A DNA stretch of 53,017 nucleotides from a virus. Lineage: Duplodnaviria; Caudoviricetes. The notes under the pieces were generated by a model that searched no databases, was not told the DNA's origin, and saw only the letters and a program-made list of their open reading frames with translations. The translations under genes were made by a program, and so were the position numbers. Where the stretch lies: positions 1-53,017 of IMG/VR virus record IMGVR_UViG_3300042465_003316. One strand, 5' to 3'. Shown one piece after another: positions 8,252-18,435 of this stretch (its first letter is position 1; each line of letters begins with the position of its first letter).

Positions 8252-8859
8252 TGTCAGACCTTCAATCCCTCGATTCCGGCGAAATCATGTACCCGGCTGC
8301 ATACGCAGCGGCCACCAAAAACAGGATCATCGCCAACGCGCAGAAGACTTGGCGCAATGTCACCCCACGCCACGGTGAGATCGAGGACGCTTTGGACCAA
8401 GGGCGCGATTACGACCGGGGTTACGTGGACGGGTTCATGGGCTCCATGGCCTCTGCCTTCGACACCTACGGCAAGCTTACGCCCAACCAATGCGCAGCTA
8501 TCCTCAAGGGCATCGACGCCCGTGCAGCCCGCAAGGCCGAGTGGGCCAACGAGAAGGCCGTTCTGGACGCCAAACGCACCCACGTGGGCACCGTAGGCCA
8601 GAAGGTGACCCTGACCCTCACCATCGCCCACGTCGTCGTCCTGAACGGCATGTACGGCACCACCTACATCCACATCATGGAAGACGCCGACAAGAACGTG
8701 GTGATCTACAAGGGGAACTCGGAAGCGGTGGGATGGACGCCCGAGGGCCAAGCCCGTGGCAAGGGCGACACCTTCACCGTCACCGCCACCGTCAAGGAGC
8801 ACGGCGTGCGCGATGGCGTCAAGCAGACCGTCATCCAGCGCCCCACAGTGCCTAAGTAA
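8251..8859 (+). CDS. hypothetical protein with probable C-terminal OB-fold
   Basis: GKLTPNQ; HVGTVGQKVTLTLT...ATVKEHGVRDGVKQTVIQRP beta-rich pattern. Confidence 0.7.
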   Translation: MSDLQSLDSGEIMYPAAYAAATKNRIIANAQKTWRNVTPRHGEIEDALDQGRDYDRGYVDGFMGSMASAFDTYGKLTPNQCAAILKGIDARAARKAEWANEKAVLDAKRTHVGTVGQKVTLTLTIAHVVVLNGMYGTTYIHIMEDADKNVVIYKGNSEAVGWTPEGQARGKGDTFTVTATVKEHGVRDGVKQTVIQRPTVPK

Positions 8860-8917
8860 GCCAAACCCGCTAAACTACCCTCCAACGCGCTGAGAGATGC
8901 GCTTGGAGGGTTTTTCA

Positions 8918-9409
8918 ATGGCAACGAGCAAAACGGGGAAGAAAATGGGACGCCCGTCCCTCTACAACGACGGGCTTGTGGACGAGATATGCGGACGGCT
9001 GGCCTGTGGTGAACCAATGGCGAAGATCGTGCAGTCCGCACACATGCCGGACTCTGTCACTGTTTACAAATGGCTCAGGACCAAGCCTGAGTTTGCACAG
9101 AGGTACGCGGACGCGCGGAAAGATGGAGCCCACTGTTTGGCGGACCAGATACAGGAAATCGTGGACACCGAGCCGCTGGCCGTGTTCGACGAGGCCGGCA
9201 ACAAACGCTACGACGCAGGCAGCATCGCGCACAACCGGCTGCGCATGGACGCACGCAAGTGGCTGGCCTCCAAGTACCTGCCCAAGGTCTACGGCGACCG
9301 CACGGTGGTGGCCGGCGACGAGGACGCACCGCTGGCCGTCGAGGTGTCGTTCGGCGTGTTCGACGAGGTGCTCAAGAACATGGCCCTGACCCGCGCAGCC
9401 AGTGAGTAA
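8918..9409 (+). CDS. terS: terminase small subunit (Sf6 gp1-like)
   Basis: GRPSLY...EICGRLACGE...MPDSVTVYKWL...RLRMDARKWLASK; directly upstream of terL. Confidence 0.88.
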   Translation: MATSKTGKKMGRPSLYNDGLVDEICGRLACGEPMAKIVQSAHMPDSVTVYKWLRTKPEFAQRYADARKDGAHCLADQIQEIVDTEPLAVFDEAGNKRYDAGSIAHNRLRMDARKWLASKYLPKVYGDRTVVAGDEDAPLAVEVSFGVFDEVLKNMALTRAASE

Positions 9410-10823
9410 CGCAGCCGCCGTGCTGCTGAAGGACCCCAAGGTCCGCGAGCAGTACGCACGACTCAAGCCTGAGCAGCGTGCGGCCTTCGAGTGGCGCGCC
9501 CGGTGGCTCATGGCGGCCCACAAGCACCAGCTAGAGCCACTAACTGACAAGTGGTCGATCTGGCTCATGTGCGCAGGCCGTGGCGCCGGCAAGACCCGGG
9601 CAGCCGCCGAGAACCTAGGCTGGTGGGCGTGGGAGCAGCCCAACACCCGCTGGCTCGTCTCAGCCCCCACCAGCGCCGACCTGCGGGGCACGTGCTTCGA
9701 GGGCGACTCCGGCCTGCTGTCGGTGATCCCGGCGGCACTGGTGGCGGACTACAACAAGAGCCTGCACGAGTTGACGCTGGTCAACGGGTCGCTGATCAAG
9801 GGCATCCCGGCGTCCGAGCCCGAGCGGTTCCGGGGCCCACAGTTCCACGGTGGCTGGCTCGACGAGTTGGCCGCTTGGGAGTACCTGCAGGAAAGTTGGG
9901 ACATGATCCAGTTCGGCATCCGGCTGGGCAGCCGGACCAAGCTGATCGCGTCCACCACCCCGAAGCCCAAGCCGGTGGTGATGGACCTGATCTCCCGCGA
10001 GGGCGACGACGTGGTGGTCAGCAGGGCCAGCACCTACAGCAACATTAAGAACCTCGCGCCCAGCTTCCAGAAGCAGATTCTGCAGTACGAGGGCACCAAG
10101 CTGGGCCGCCAAGAGATTCACGCGGAGATCATTGACCCGGAGGAGGGCGGCATCGTCCGGCGTGAGTGGTTCAAGCTCTGGCCGGCGGGCAAGCCGCTCC
10201 CGAAGTTCGAGTTCGTGCTGCAGTCGCTGGACTGCGCAACCAGCGAGAAGACGATCAACGACCCGACGGCGCACATCACGCTGGGCGTGTACAAGCCCGA
10301 GGACGGCGGCATGTGCGCGCTGGTGATCGACTGTTGGCAGGAGCACCTACAGTACCCCGACCTGCGGCCCAAGGTCCTCGACGAGTACGAGGTGGTGTAC
10401 GGCGACGGCAAGAACAAGAAGCGCGTCGACCTGCTGCTGGTCGAGGACAAGAGCGCGGGCATCAGCCTGATACAAGACCTGCGCAGGGCCGGCGTGCCCG
10501 TGATCCCGTACAACCCGGGCAAGGCGGACAAGGTCCAGCGGCTGTCGATCGTGGCGAACATCATCAAGGCGGGCCGGGTCTGGATACCCGAGTCCAGCAA
10601 CCGTAAGGGCTATGTAAGGGACTGGGCGGAGGGCATGGTCAGCCAGATATGCAGCTTCCCCGACGGCTCCGAGCACGACGATTTTGTTGACGCCATGAGC
10701 CAAGCCCTGCGATACTTGCGCGATGCGGGCTGGCTGACCATCGACTTCCCCAGAGAGTGGGTGGACGAGGACGACTACGAGGACGCCAACCCGCGCAAGA
10801 GAGAAAACCCGTACGCGGTATAA
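9402..10823 (+). CDS. terL: terminase large subunit
   Basis: Walker A AGRGAGKT, RFRGPQFH, Walker B WLDELAAW, nuclease motifs SLDCA, VEDKSAG, HDDFVDA. Confidence 0.95.
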   Translation: MSNAAAVLLKDPKVREQYARLKPEQRAAFEWRARWLMAAHKHQLEPLTDKWSIWLMCAGRGAGKTRAAAENLGWWAWEQPNTRWLVSAPTSADLRGTCFEGDSGLLSVIPAALVADYNKSLHELTLVNGSLIKGIPASEPERFRGPQFHGGWLDELAAWEYLQESWDMIQFGIRLGSRTKLIASTTPKPKPVVMDLISREGDDVVVSRASTYSNIKNLAPSFQKQILQYEGTKLGRQEIHAEIIDPEEGGIVRREWFKLWPAGKPLPKFEFVLQSLDCATSEKTINDPTAHITLGVYKPEDGGMCALVIDCWQEHLQYPDLRPKVLDEYEVVYGDGKNKKRVDLLLVEDKSAGISLIQDLRRAGVPVIPYNPGKADKVQRLSIVANIIKAGRVWIPESSNRKGYVRDWAEGMVSQICSFPDGSEHDDFVDAMSQALRYLRDAGWLTIDFPREWVDEDDYEDANPRKRENPYAV

Positions 10824-10850
10824 AATGCAAGAAACCACCGGGATTGATCC

Positions 10851-13685
10851 ATGGAACCAACACCAGACCAGATGCGGGAAGAACTGCAGGCGGCCAAAGA
10901 CCAACCAAAGCGGGTGTTGATCCCGGCGGAAGGCCCGGGCGGCGTGAAGGGCATCAAAGTCCCCCGGCACATGCTTGAAGGCGGCAACAAGGCGGAAGGC
11001 ATGAACGCCATCAACGCCGCACGGGCGCAGGTCTACGGGTCCGAGAACCGGCCACCGATCAACATCGGCCAGATGGGCCGCATCCACAAGAACACGCTGG
11101 ACGAACACTTCCAGAAGCCGTTGGACGCCCAATTGGACATCGAGGGCAAGGCACTGCAGCGGCTGCAGGCGGCCAAGCACATCGGGCGGACGGCGGACAC
11201 GCTGGACAAGAGCGAGAAGCTCGACACCGTCAACCACGAACACGATGAGCAGGGGCGCACCTACACCGGCATGGCGTCCAAGGGGATTGCCGGCCACGCG
11301 CTGTACACGTCCGGCCATGGTGCCAACGAGAAGCGGCACGTCCTGAATACCTGTCCCGGGCAGACCGCCGGCTGTGGGGGCGGGACTGACCAGAACGGCG
11401 TGGTGGACACCGCCAAGGGCACGTGCTTCGCGCCCAACGCCGAGTCGCAATACGTGAACGCCGCCGTCCGGCGGGCTTGCCATGCGCAGGCCAAGCACGA
11501 CCCGGCCATGACGCAAGACTGGATTCTGGCGCACACCGGCTCAATGCGCAACGCGGCACGGCTGGCGGACAACAAGGACAAACGCCTGCTGTTCCGGCCC
11601 AACGTGGTGGATGAGACAGACGTGTCTTCCCGGCACGTCATCAAGCACCTGAACAAGCAGCGGGCGCTGGAGGGCAAGCCGCCCATCACGGCCAACTCGT
11701 ACGGCAAGACCAACGAGATGCACGACCCGGCCAACGGGTACTACGTGACGCACTCCAACATCGGGCCCAAGGTCAAGAAGGGGGCGTCGGTGCAGGAGAA
11801 CATCGACCGCGACAAGCAGCGCGTCAGCCGCACCGTCACGGCGGCGTCGGCCAGCGGCAAGGACTTTGTCAACGATGAAGGCGAGAAAACGCCGCCCAAG
11901 AACTCCTACATGGTGACCGACGTCAAGCGGGACTCCCCGTTCGACAAGAAGATGCAGGGCGCGATCACGCACGCCAAGTACTGGTCCACCGGGCGTGCTT
12001 CAAGCGAGTTGGACGAAGACGAACGCAAGGAAGGGCCGGAGGGGCACTACGCCCCGGGCAACAAGCCCACTACGCCCGACAAGGCGCACTACGGCCACAC
12101 CACGCACGAAGGTCTGCGGTACGATTACCAGAAGCAACACATCCTGCATCCCCGGCTGGTGCAAGTGGGCAAGAACGACGACGGCACGCCGCACATGATC
12201 CCGACAGACTCCCGGTTCAAGGACGAGGAGTTCCTGCCCAAGAACCGGTTCAAGACCAAGAACGGCAAAGTGGCTGGCGCCATTCTGATGACCACGCCGA
12301 CTACATCAACCAGCAACGTCGGCCACCAGACATCGTTTACCCACCACGTGGGCGAGCACCATATTGAGCACGCGCTGAAGAACAACGGCGAGTACCAGAT
12401 CGACCCTCCGCATGAACAAGCGGCCAGTGCCGGCAAGGAGTACGCCCCACCACAACCCATCAAGTTTGTGAAGCGATTGGCGTCGGGCGGCTCTGTCGGA
12501 CACGACCAAGAGGCAGAGGCATTTGACGGGCACATGGCATTTCCCGAGCGGAGCTTTGCAGCCCAGCATCGGCTGGCGTATCGGCACGATCCGGAGGAGA
12601 TGGGTGAAATTGGCCTAAGAACCTACCGCGCCGGCGCCAAGCACATTGCGTCGATGGCGGGACAATCTACCGGCGTTCGACGGCGCATGGCTCAAGGCGG
12701 CAGCGTGGAGCCGAGCCAAGACGAGATGCTGGCCCGCGTCATGCTGCGCAAAAACGACATAAACCTCAAGGACATTGGTGCCAACGAGGCACCCAACATG
12801 AACGTCAAGGCCTACGCACCGCCGTCCGGAGGACCGGGTTTCCCCGTAGGCGGCGTCGACTTCCAGCCCGAGACTATGGGCCAACAGATGCTGCCGGGAG
12901 CCCCGGGGCAACCACCCGGCCAACCGCCACAAGCGGGCGGCCTACCCGGGGCTCCCGGCCAGCCACCAGCGCCAGCGGGCGGCCTACCCTCCGGCCCGCC
13001 CTCCGGCCCGCCCGGGGCACCGCCGCCCGGCGGCCCACAAGGCGCGCCCTCGCCGATGGCACGGGGCCCACAAGGGCCGCAGAGCAACATCCTGAGCATG
13101 ACCCGCCAAGGGCAGGCCCTGCAGGCCATGCGGCCCAACCCGGCGCCCGTGCGGCCCGGGATGCCGATGCCCAAGATGGCGGACGGTGGCAGCGTGGACG
13201 ACATGCGCAGGGCCATCGCCAATGCCGCGAAGTCGGCGGGCATGAAGGCACCGGTGGTGGCGAACAAGAACCTGACCACGATGCAGGACACTTACGAATC
13301 GTTACACGACAAGGTGCGCAAAGGCGCCGCCGACATGCAGGACATGATCGAGTCCATGCCGTACAAGTACGACGTAGGGCACCACGTGTTTACCGCCCAC
13401 AGCGCCAAGAACAACCTGCCGCCGTTCAAAGTGGTTCGCAAGGCGCTGGTGGGGAATTCCCCCATGCGCGAAGACTCCAAGATTGGGCCGGGGATGGGCA
13501 AGCCCATCAAGGACCCGGCAACCGGCAAGACCAAGCGCACGCCTTACGAACCCGGCTACGATGTTCGTAGGGAGCACAAAGGAGAAGTGCAGGAAATGCG
13601 CATCCCCGAGTCCGCAATCCTTGACAAGTTGGCCCGTGGTGGCACCGTTGGGAGCCACATCAAGCTGACGGAACGCAAGCTATGA
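10851..13685 (+). CDS. giant multidomain protein: Gp88-like Cys domain, Pro/Gly-rich linker, four xAxGGxV motifs
   Basis: Long ORF with phage-typical codon use between terL and portal; TCPGQTAGC...CF, FRPNV, YGKT, YYVTHS. Confidence 0.75.
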   Translation: MEPTPDQMREELQAAKDQPKRVLIPAEGPGGVKGIKVPRHMLEGGNKAEGMNAINAARAQVYGSENRPPINIGQMGRIHKNTLDEHFQKPLDAQLDIEGKALQRLQAAKHIGRTADTLDKSEKLDTVNHEHDEQGRTYTGMASKGIAGHALYTSGHGANEKRHVLNTCPGQTAGCGGGTDQNGVVDTAKGTCFAPNAESQYVNAAVRRACHAQAKHDPAMTQDWILAHTGSMRNAARLADNKDKRLLFRPNVVDETDVSSRHVIKHLNKQRALEGKPPITANSYGKTNEMHDPANGYYVTHSNIGPKVKKGASVQENIDRDKQRVSRTVTAASASGKDFVNDEGEKTPPKNSYMVTDVKRDSPFDKKMQGAITHAKYWSTGRASSELDEDERKEGPEGHYAPGNKPTTPDKAHYGHTTHEGLRYDYQKQHILHPRLVQVGKNDDGTPHMIPTDSRFKDEEFLPKNRFKTKNGKVAGAILMTTPTTSTSNVGHQTSFTHHVGEHHIEHALKNNGEYQIDPPHEQAASAGKEYAPPQPIKFVKRLASGGSVGHDQEAEAFDGHMAFPERSFAAQHRLAYRHDPEEMGEIGLRTYRAGAKHIASMAGQSTGVRRRMAQGGSVEPSQDEMLARVMLRKNDINLKDIGANEAPNMNVKAYAPPSGGPGFPVGGVDFQPETMGQQMLPGAPGQPPGQPPQAGGLPGAPGQPPAPAGGLPSGPPSGPPGAPPPGGPQGAPSPMARGPQGPQSNILSMTRQGQALQAMRPNPAPVRPGMPMPKMADGGSVDDMRRAIANAAKSAGMKAPVVANKNLTTMQDTYESLHDKVRKGAADMQDMIESMPYKYDVGHHVFTAHSAKNNLPPFKVVRKALVGNSPMREDSKIGPGMGKPIKDPATGKTKRTPYEPGYDVRREHKGEVQEMRIPESAILDKLARGGTVGSHIKLTERKL

Positions 13686-15946
13686 AGGGCTTCTACTCTC
13701 CCATCGACCGGCTCATGGAGCAGTCCACGCGTCCGCGTGGCACCGGGGCAGAGTACATGGCCGAGCTATCCAAGAAACCCGGGTACAAGCCACAGGAGGC
13801 CGAGGACCGCGACCTGCAGGCGCTCATGACGCTACCCAAGATGGAGCGGGCGGCGTTCATGGCAAAGCTCAAGGCCAAGCCGGCGGCCATGCCGGAGGAA
13901 AATACGTTTGCCAAAAGCATCCTAAAAAACCGTGGCTTAAACGTAGTACCAGACACAGAACCGCACCACGAGGACTACACCCTACCGGGCGGCACCAACT
14001 ACCGGGAGATACTGCTCCAGCACCCTAAGGGCGGTTTCTCCGGCGTCGAGGCGCACTTCGGTGGGGCGCCCAACGTGCTGGCTAGTATCCGTGCCAAGGA
14101 CCGAGTTGGGCCCAATGGCGAGAAGATACTGCACCTCGAGGAAATCCAGTCGGACTGGCACCAGCAGGGCCGGGAGAAGGGCTACCACCCCAAGGGCGTG
14201 GACATGGACAAGACGCTGGACGCAGCAAAGAACAAGCACAGCACTCTCCAGCGCCAGCTACAGAGTGCCAAGGCAAACGCAATAGCCGTGGAGCAGCGCA
14301 AGGCCGCTGCGGCCAACCCGGAGGAGCAGGCCCTCCACGACCGGATTCTGCAGGGCTACAACCGCAGCATCATGGACCTGATGCCGCAGGTCATGCGGGC
14401 GGACGAGGAGCTACGCAAGACCCAGCAACTGGCGTCAAGCGGCGTGCCGGATGCCCCGTTCAAGAAGGACTGGCACGAACTGGCCCTCAAGAAGATGATC
14501 CACCACGCCGCCGAGAATGGCTACGACCAGATTGCCATCACCCCGGGCGCGGAGCAGGCCAAGCGGTATAGGCTGAGTAAGCAGATCGATGAGTTGCGCT
14601 ACGGCGACGGGATGCTTGTGGCTACCAAGGGCGGCACCCTTGTCGTCAACAAGGAAACCACGCCCGCCGAGCTTTCTGACTTGGTCGGAAAAGAAGTTGC
14701 GGAGAGGCTTCTCAATTCACCGACTAGCGTCACTGGCAGCGGGTACAACGTGCTTTCAGGCCAAGACCTGAACATTGGCGGCGAGGGCATGAAGGGCTTC
14801 TACGACAAGATGGTGCCGGCGTTCCTGAACAAGTTCGGCAAGAAATACGGCAGCCAAGTCGGGCAAGTTAAGCTACCGGGCGATCCCTCCCAACGCGGTG
14901 ACGCCGCTGAGGCGCTCGGGGTAGCGCACGTACCTTTCACCGGCATGACCCCGCAGCAAATTGCGGAATTCAACCGAAAGCTGGACGACCATAGCGCCAC
15001 AACGCTGCATACCTTCAACATCACACCCCAGATGCGCGAGGACGTGGTGAAGAACGGCATCCCGCTTTATGCCAAGGGCGGCTCGGTTGAGGAAGATGTT
15101 CCACGTGAAACAACCAAGGCTTACAAGATGTTTCGGGTAGACAAGAAGCAGCCGGGTAAGTTGTTCCCGCTGTTTGTGGATGCCGATACCCCGGTGGAGA
15201 TGGGCAAGTGGATTGCGGCCAAAGAAGGCGAGAAGTCCGCCGCAAACACCAAGAAGGTTAAGTCCAAGATCGGCGACTTGGCGTACCGTCCGGGCTGGCA
15301 CGCGGGCGACCTTCCTGTCGCCACCCATATCGGTGAAAAGGATGAGGAGCAGAAGGCGGAAACCCAGCGCGTCAGGGCAATGCGTGACGCGCACGCGGCA
15401 ACGCTTGGCAACACCAAGGCTGCCAAAGCCATAGCCCGGAAGGAGCACCCGTACCCGTCATGGGTGAACGCCCCGCGTTTGCGCAACCCTAACCACATCT
15501 GGGCCGAGGTGGAGATGCCCAACGACGTGGACTGGCAGTCCGAGGCCACCAAACGCGGCTACAACGACCAAGGCAAGCTAATTGCCAGCCAAGCGCACAT
15601 CACCGACCAGTTGCCCAAGGGCGGGCACTACCGCTACAAGACTAACTCCAACATGCTGGGGAACTGGTTGATTGGGGGCTCGATGAAGGTCAACCGCATC
15701 CTGCGGGACGAAGAGGTCGAGGCAATCAACAAAGCCGCTGGTGCAGCCGACCTGCCGCGTGCTAAAGCCATGAACCAGAAAGCCTTTGGCTTTGCCGCAG
15801 GCGGCACCGTCGGGCCAGAGGAGTGGATGTCCGAGGAGCACGTGAATCACAAGCCCGGTAACCGCTCTGTAGTCAAAGAGAAAGTTACACTATCACCTAA
15901 CATGGATGTGATGCAGTACGAACTGCTTACCAAGAAAGCAAAATAA
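13682..15946 (+). CDS. giant two-domain polyvalent-type protein (EEIQSDWH domain plus AYRPGWH domain)
   Basis: GFYS...GGTNYREILL...EEIQSDWHQ...DAPFKK...GMKGFYD; domains separated by YAKGGSV and FAAGGTV. Confidence 0.75.
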   Translation: MKGFYSPIDRLMEQSTRPRGTGAEYMAELSKKPGYKPQEAEDRDLQALMTLPKMERAAFMAKLKAKPAAMPEENTFAKSILKNRGLNVVPDTEPHHEDYTLPGGTNYREILLQHPKGGFSGVEAHFGGAPNVLASIRAKDRVGPNGEKILHLEEIQSDWHQQGREKGYHPKGVDMDKTLDAAKNKHSTLQRQLQSAKANAIAVEQRKAAAANPEEQALHDRILQGYNRSIMDLMPQVMRADEELRKTQQLASSGVPDAPFKKDWHELALKKMIHHAAENGYDQIAITPGAEQAKRYRLSKQIDELRYGDGMLVATKGGTLVVNKETTPAELSDLVGKEVAERLLNSPTSVTGSGYNVLSGQDLNIGGEGMKGFYDKMVPAFLNKFGKKYGSQVGQVKLPGDPSQRGDAAEALGVAHVPFTGMTPQQIAEFNRKLDDHSATTLHTFNITPQMREDVVKNGIPLYAKGGSVEEDVPRETTKAYKMFRVDKKQPGKLFPLFVDADTPVEMGKWIAAKEGEKSAANTKKVKSKIGDLAYRPGWHAGDLPVATHIGEKDEEQKAETQRVRAMRDAHAATLGNTKAAKAIARKEHPYPSWVNAPRLRNPNHIWAEVEMPNDVDWQSEATKRGYNDQGKLIASQAHITDQLPKGGHYRYKTNSNMLGNWLIGGSMKVNRILRDEEVEAINKAAGAADLPRAKAMNQKAFGFAAGGTVGPEEWMSEEHVNHKPGNRSVVKEKVTLSPNMDVMQYELLTKKAK

Positions 15947-18435
15947 TGGCAGACACCTACGACAACCAAGACGACAACGATCCCGAGTTGAACGAAGACG
16001 GCTCGGCTGACGTGGACCTCGCAGAGGACATCTCCGACGTCATGGAGATGCCCGACGGCTCTGCCGTGGTGAACATGGAAACCAGCGGCCCGGAGGAGTC
16101 CCCGGACTTCTACTCCAACATGGCCGAGGAGCTTGACACGTTCGACCTGAACGCCATGGGCCTGCGCTACACCGGCCTGCTGGAGAAGGACAAGAACGCC
16201 CGCGAGGAGCGCGACAAGCAGTACGAGGAGGGCATCCGGCGCACGGGTCTGGGCAAGGACGCCCCCGGCGGGGCCAACTTCCTTGGTGCCAGTCGTGCGG
16301 TACACCCGGTCATGGCCGAGGGCTGCGTGGACTTCGCCTCCCGGGCGATCAAGGAGCTATTTCCCCCGGACGGCCCGGTGCGCACCAAGATCATCGGCAA
16401 GGTGGATGACCTCAAGCAGGAGCGTGCCGAGCGCAAGCGCGACTTCCTGAACTGGCAGATCACCGAGCAGATCGAGGAGTTCCGCGACGAGCAGGAGCAG
16501 ATGCTCACCCAACTGCCCCTCGGTGGCTCCCAGTACCTGAAGCTCTGGTACGACGAGCAGAAGAAACGCCCTTGCTTGGAGTTCCTGCCCATCGATCGGA
16601 TGATCCTGCCGTTTGCGGCCAGCAACTTCTACACCGCCCAGCGTGCCGCCGAGGTCCACGAGATCACCGAGTGGGAGTACGACCGGCGCATCGCCAGCGG
16701 GATGTACAAGGACGGGTCGCATGTCACCTCCGGCCAAGAGCCCGAGCAGACCCGCGCCCAGAAAGCCAACGACAAGATCGAGGGGCGCAAGTTCCAAGAC
16801 AACGAGGACGGGCTGCGCAAGGTGTTCCACATCTACACGTGGCTGGAGCTAGAGGACGACACGCACTCCAAGGGCGAGATGGCCCCGTACATCATGATGG
16901 TGGACGAGCAGTCCAACGAGGTCATCGGGTTGTACCGCAACTGGGAGGAGGGCGACGAGACGATGACCAAGCTCGATTGGATCATCGAGTTCAAGTTCAT
17001 CCCGTGGCGTGGCGTGTTCGCCATCGGCCTGCCGCACCTCATCGGCGGCCTGAGCGCGGCCCTGACAGGCGCCCTGCGTGCGCTGCTGGACTCCGCGCAC
17101 ATCAATAACGCCGCGACCATGCTCAAGCTCAAGGGAGCCAAGATCAGCGGCCAAACCCAGCAGATCGAGGTCACTCAGGTGGCCGAGATCGAGGGTGCAC
17201 CCGGTGTGGACGACATCCGCAAGATCGCCATGCCCATGCCGTTCAACCCACCGAGCCCGGTGCTATTTCAGCTTCTGGGCTGGCTGGACAGCGCCGCCAA
17301 GGGGGTAGTGACCACCAGCGAGGAGAAGATCGCTGACGTGACCTCCAACAGCCCCGTGGGCACCACACAGGCCCTGATCGAACAAGGTGCCGCCGTGTAC
17401 TCGGCGATCCACGCACGGCTACACCAGTCGCAGGCGCGGCTGATTAAGGTGCTGTGCCGGCTCAACCGGTGGCACTTCAAGGAGATGCGCAAGGGCGACA
17501 TGGTTGCCGACTTGGCGATCGAGAAGGAAGACTTCGAGAAGAACACCGACGTCATCCCCGTCAGCGACCCACACATCTTCTCCGAGACGCAGCGCATGGC
17601 GCAGATGCAGGCCGTGCTATCCCGGGCGGACGCCAAGGCCGACCTGTACGACGCCAAGGCGGTCGAGGAGCGGTTCCTCAAGCAACTCAAGATTCCCAAC
17701 GTCAGCGAGTTGCTCAAGAACGTCCCCGAGCCCGAGCAGCGCACGCTGGCCGACGAGAACGCGGCCATGTCCATGGGCCACCCGGCCTACGCCTACATCC
17801 AGCAGGACCACATTGCGCACATCCAAGGCCACCTGATGTTTGGCATGGACCCATCTTTTGGTGCCAACCCGTTCATTGCCCCGGCGTTCCTGCCCAACGC
17901 AGTGGAGCACATCAAGCAGCACATGACGCTGTGGTACCTGAACCGCATGAACGGCTACGTCACCAACCTACGCGGAGGCAAGCCCGTGGACGACTACGAG
18001 AACCCCAAGCTCACGGCGGTCATCGACAAGCTCTACGCCACCGTCGGGCAGCACGTAGCCATGGACAGCCAGCAGGTGTTCTCGCAGATTCTGCCGCAGC
18101 TACAGCAACTCCAGCAGGCCCTGCAGCAGAACAAGACCTCGCCGCCACTGCCACCCGATGCGCAGGTCGTCAAGGACACAGCCATGGCCGAGACACAGCG
18201 CAAGGCCGCCAAGGACCAGCAGGACGGCCAGATCGCGCAGGCCAAACTGCAGGACAGCCAGCAGCGCGGCCAAGCCGACATGCAGGCCAAGGCGCAGGCT
18301 GCGCAGCAGTCAGGGCAACTACAATTGCAAATCGCAAATATCAACAATCAGGCGCGAATTGAAATCGAGAACGCCAAGTTGATGCACGAAACCATTAACC
18401 AACCACAGCAAGGAGTTCCAAATGGCAGTATCTGA
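15946..18435 (+). CDS. portal protein
   Basis: HPVMAE, ELFPPDGPV, LPLGG...KLWYD, PVGTTQALIEQG, Gln-rich C-terminal barrel typical of P22-like podovirus portals; position. Confidence 0.9.
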   Translation: MADTYDNQDDNDPELNEDGSADVDLAEDISDVMEMPDGSAVVNMETSGPEESPDFYSNMAEELDTFDLNAMGLRYTGLLEKDKNAREERDKQYEEGIRRTGLGKDAPGGANFLGASRAVHPVMAEGCVDFASRAIKELFPPDGPVRTKIIGKVDDLKQERAERKRDFLNWQITEQIEEFRDEQEQMLTQLPLGGSQYLKLWYDEQKKRPCLEFLPIDRMILPFAASNFYTAQRAAEVHEITEWEYDRRIASGMYKDGSHVTSGQEPEQTRAQKANDKIEGRKFQDNEDGLRKVFHIYTWLELEDDTHSKGEMAPYIMMVDEQSNEVIGLYRNWEEGDETMTKLDWIIEFKFIPWRGVFAIGLPHLIGGLSAALTGALRALLDSAHINNAATMLKLKGAKISGQTQQIEVTQVAEIEGAPGVDDIRKIAMPMPFNPPSPVLFQLLGWLDSAAKGVVTTSEEKIADVTSNSPVGTTQALIEQGAAVYSAIHARLHQSQARLIKVLCRLNRWHFKEMRKGDMVADLAIEKEDFEKNTDVIPVSDPHIFSETQRMAQMQAVLSRADAKADLYDAKAVEERFLKQLKIPNVSELLKNVPEPEQRTLADENAAMSMGHPAYAYIQQDHIAHIQGHLMFGMDPSFGANPFIAPAFLPNAVEHIKQHMTLWYLNRMNGYVTNLRGGKPVDDYENPKLTAVIDKLYATVGQHVAMDSQQVFSQILPQLQQLQQALQQNKTSPPLPPDAQVVKDTAMAETQRKAAKDQQDGQIAQAKLQDSQQRGQADMQAKAQAAQQSGQLQLQIANINNQARIEIENAKLMHETINQPQQGVPNGSI

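Noticed and set aside
12890-13175. Collagen-like segment
   Set aside because: Gly spacing is irregular (often every 4 residues); better described as a Pro/Gly disordered linker
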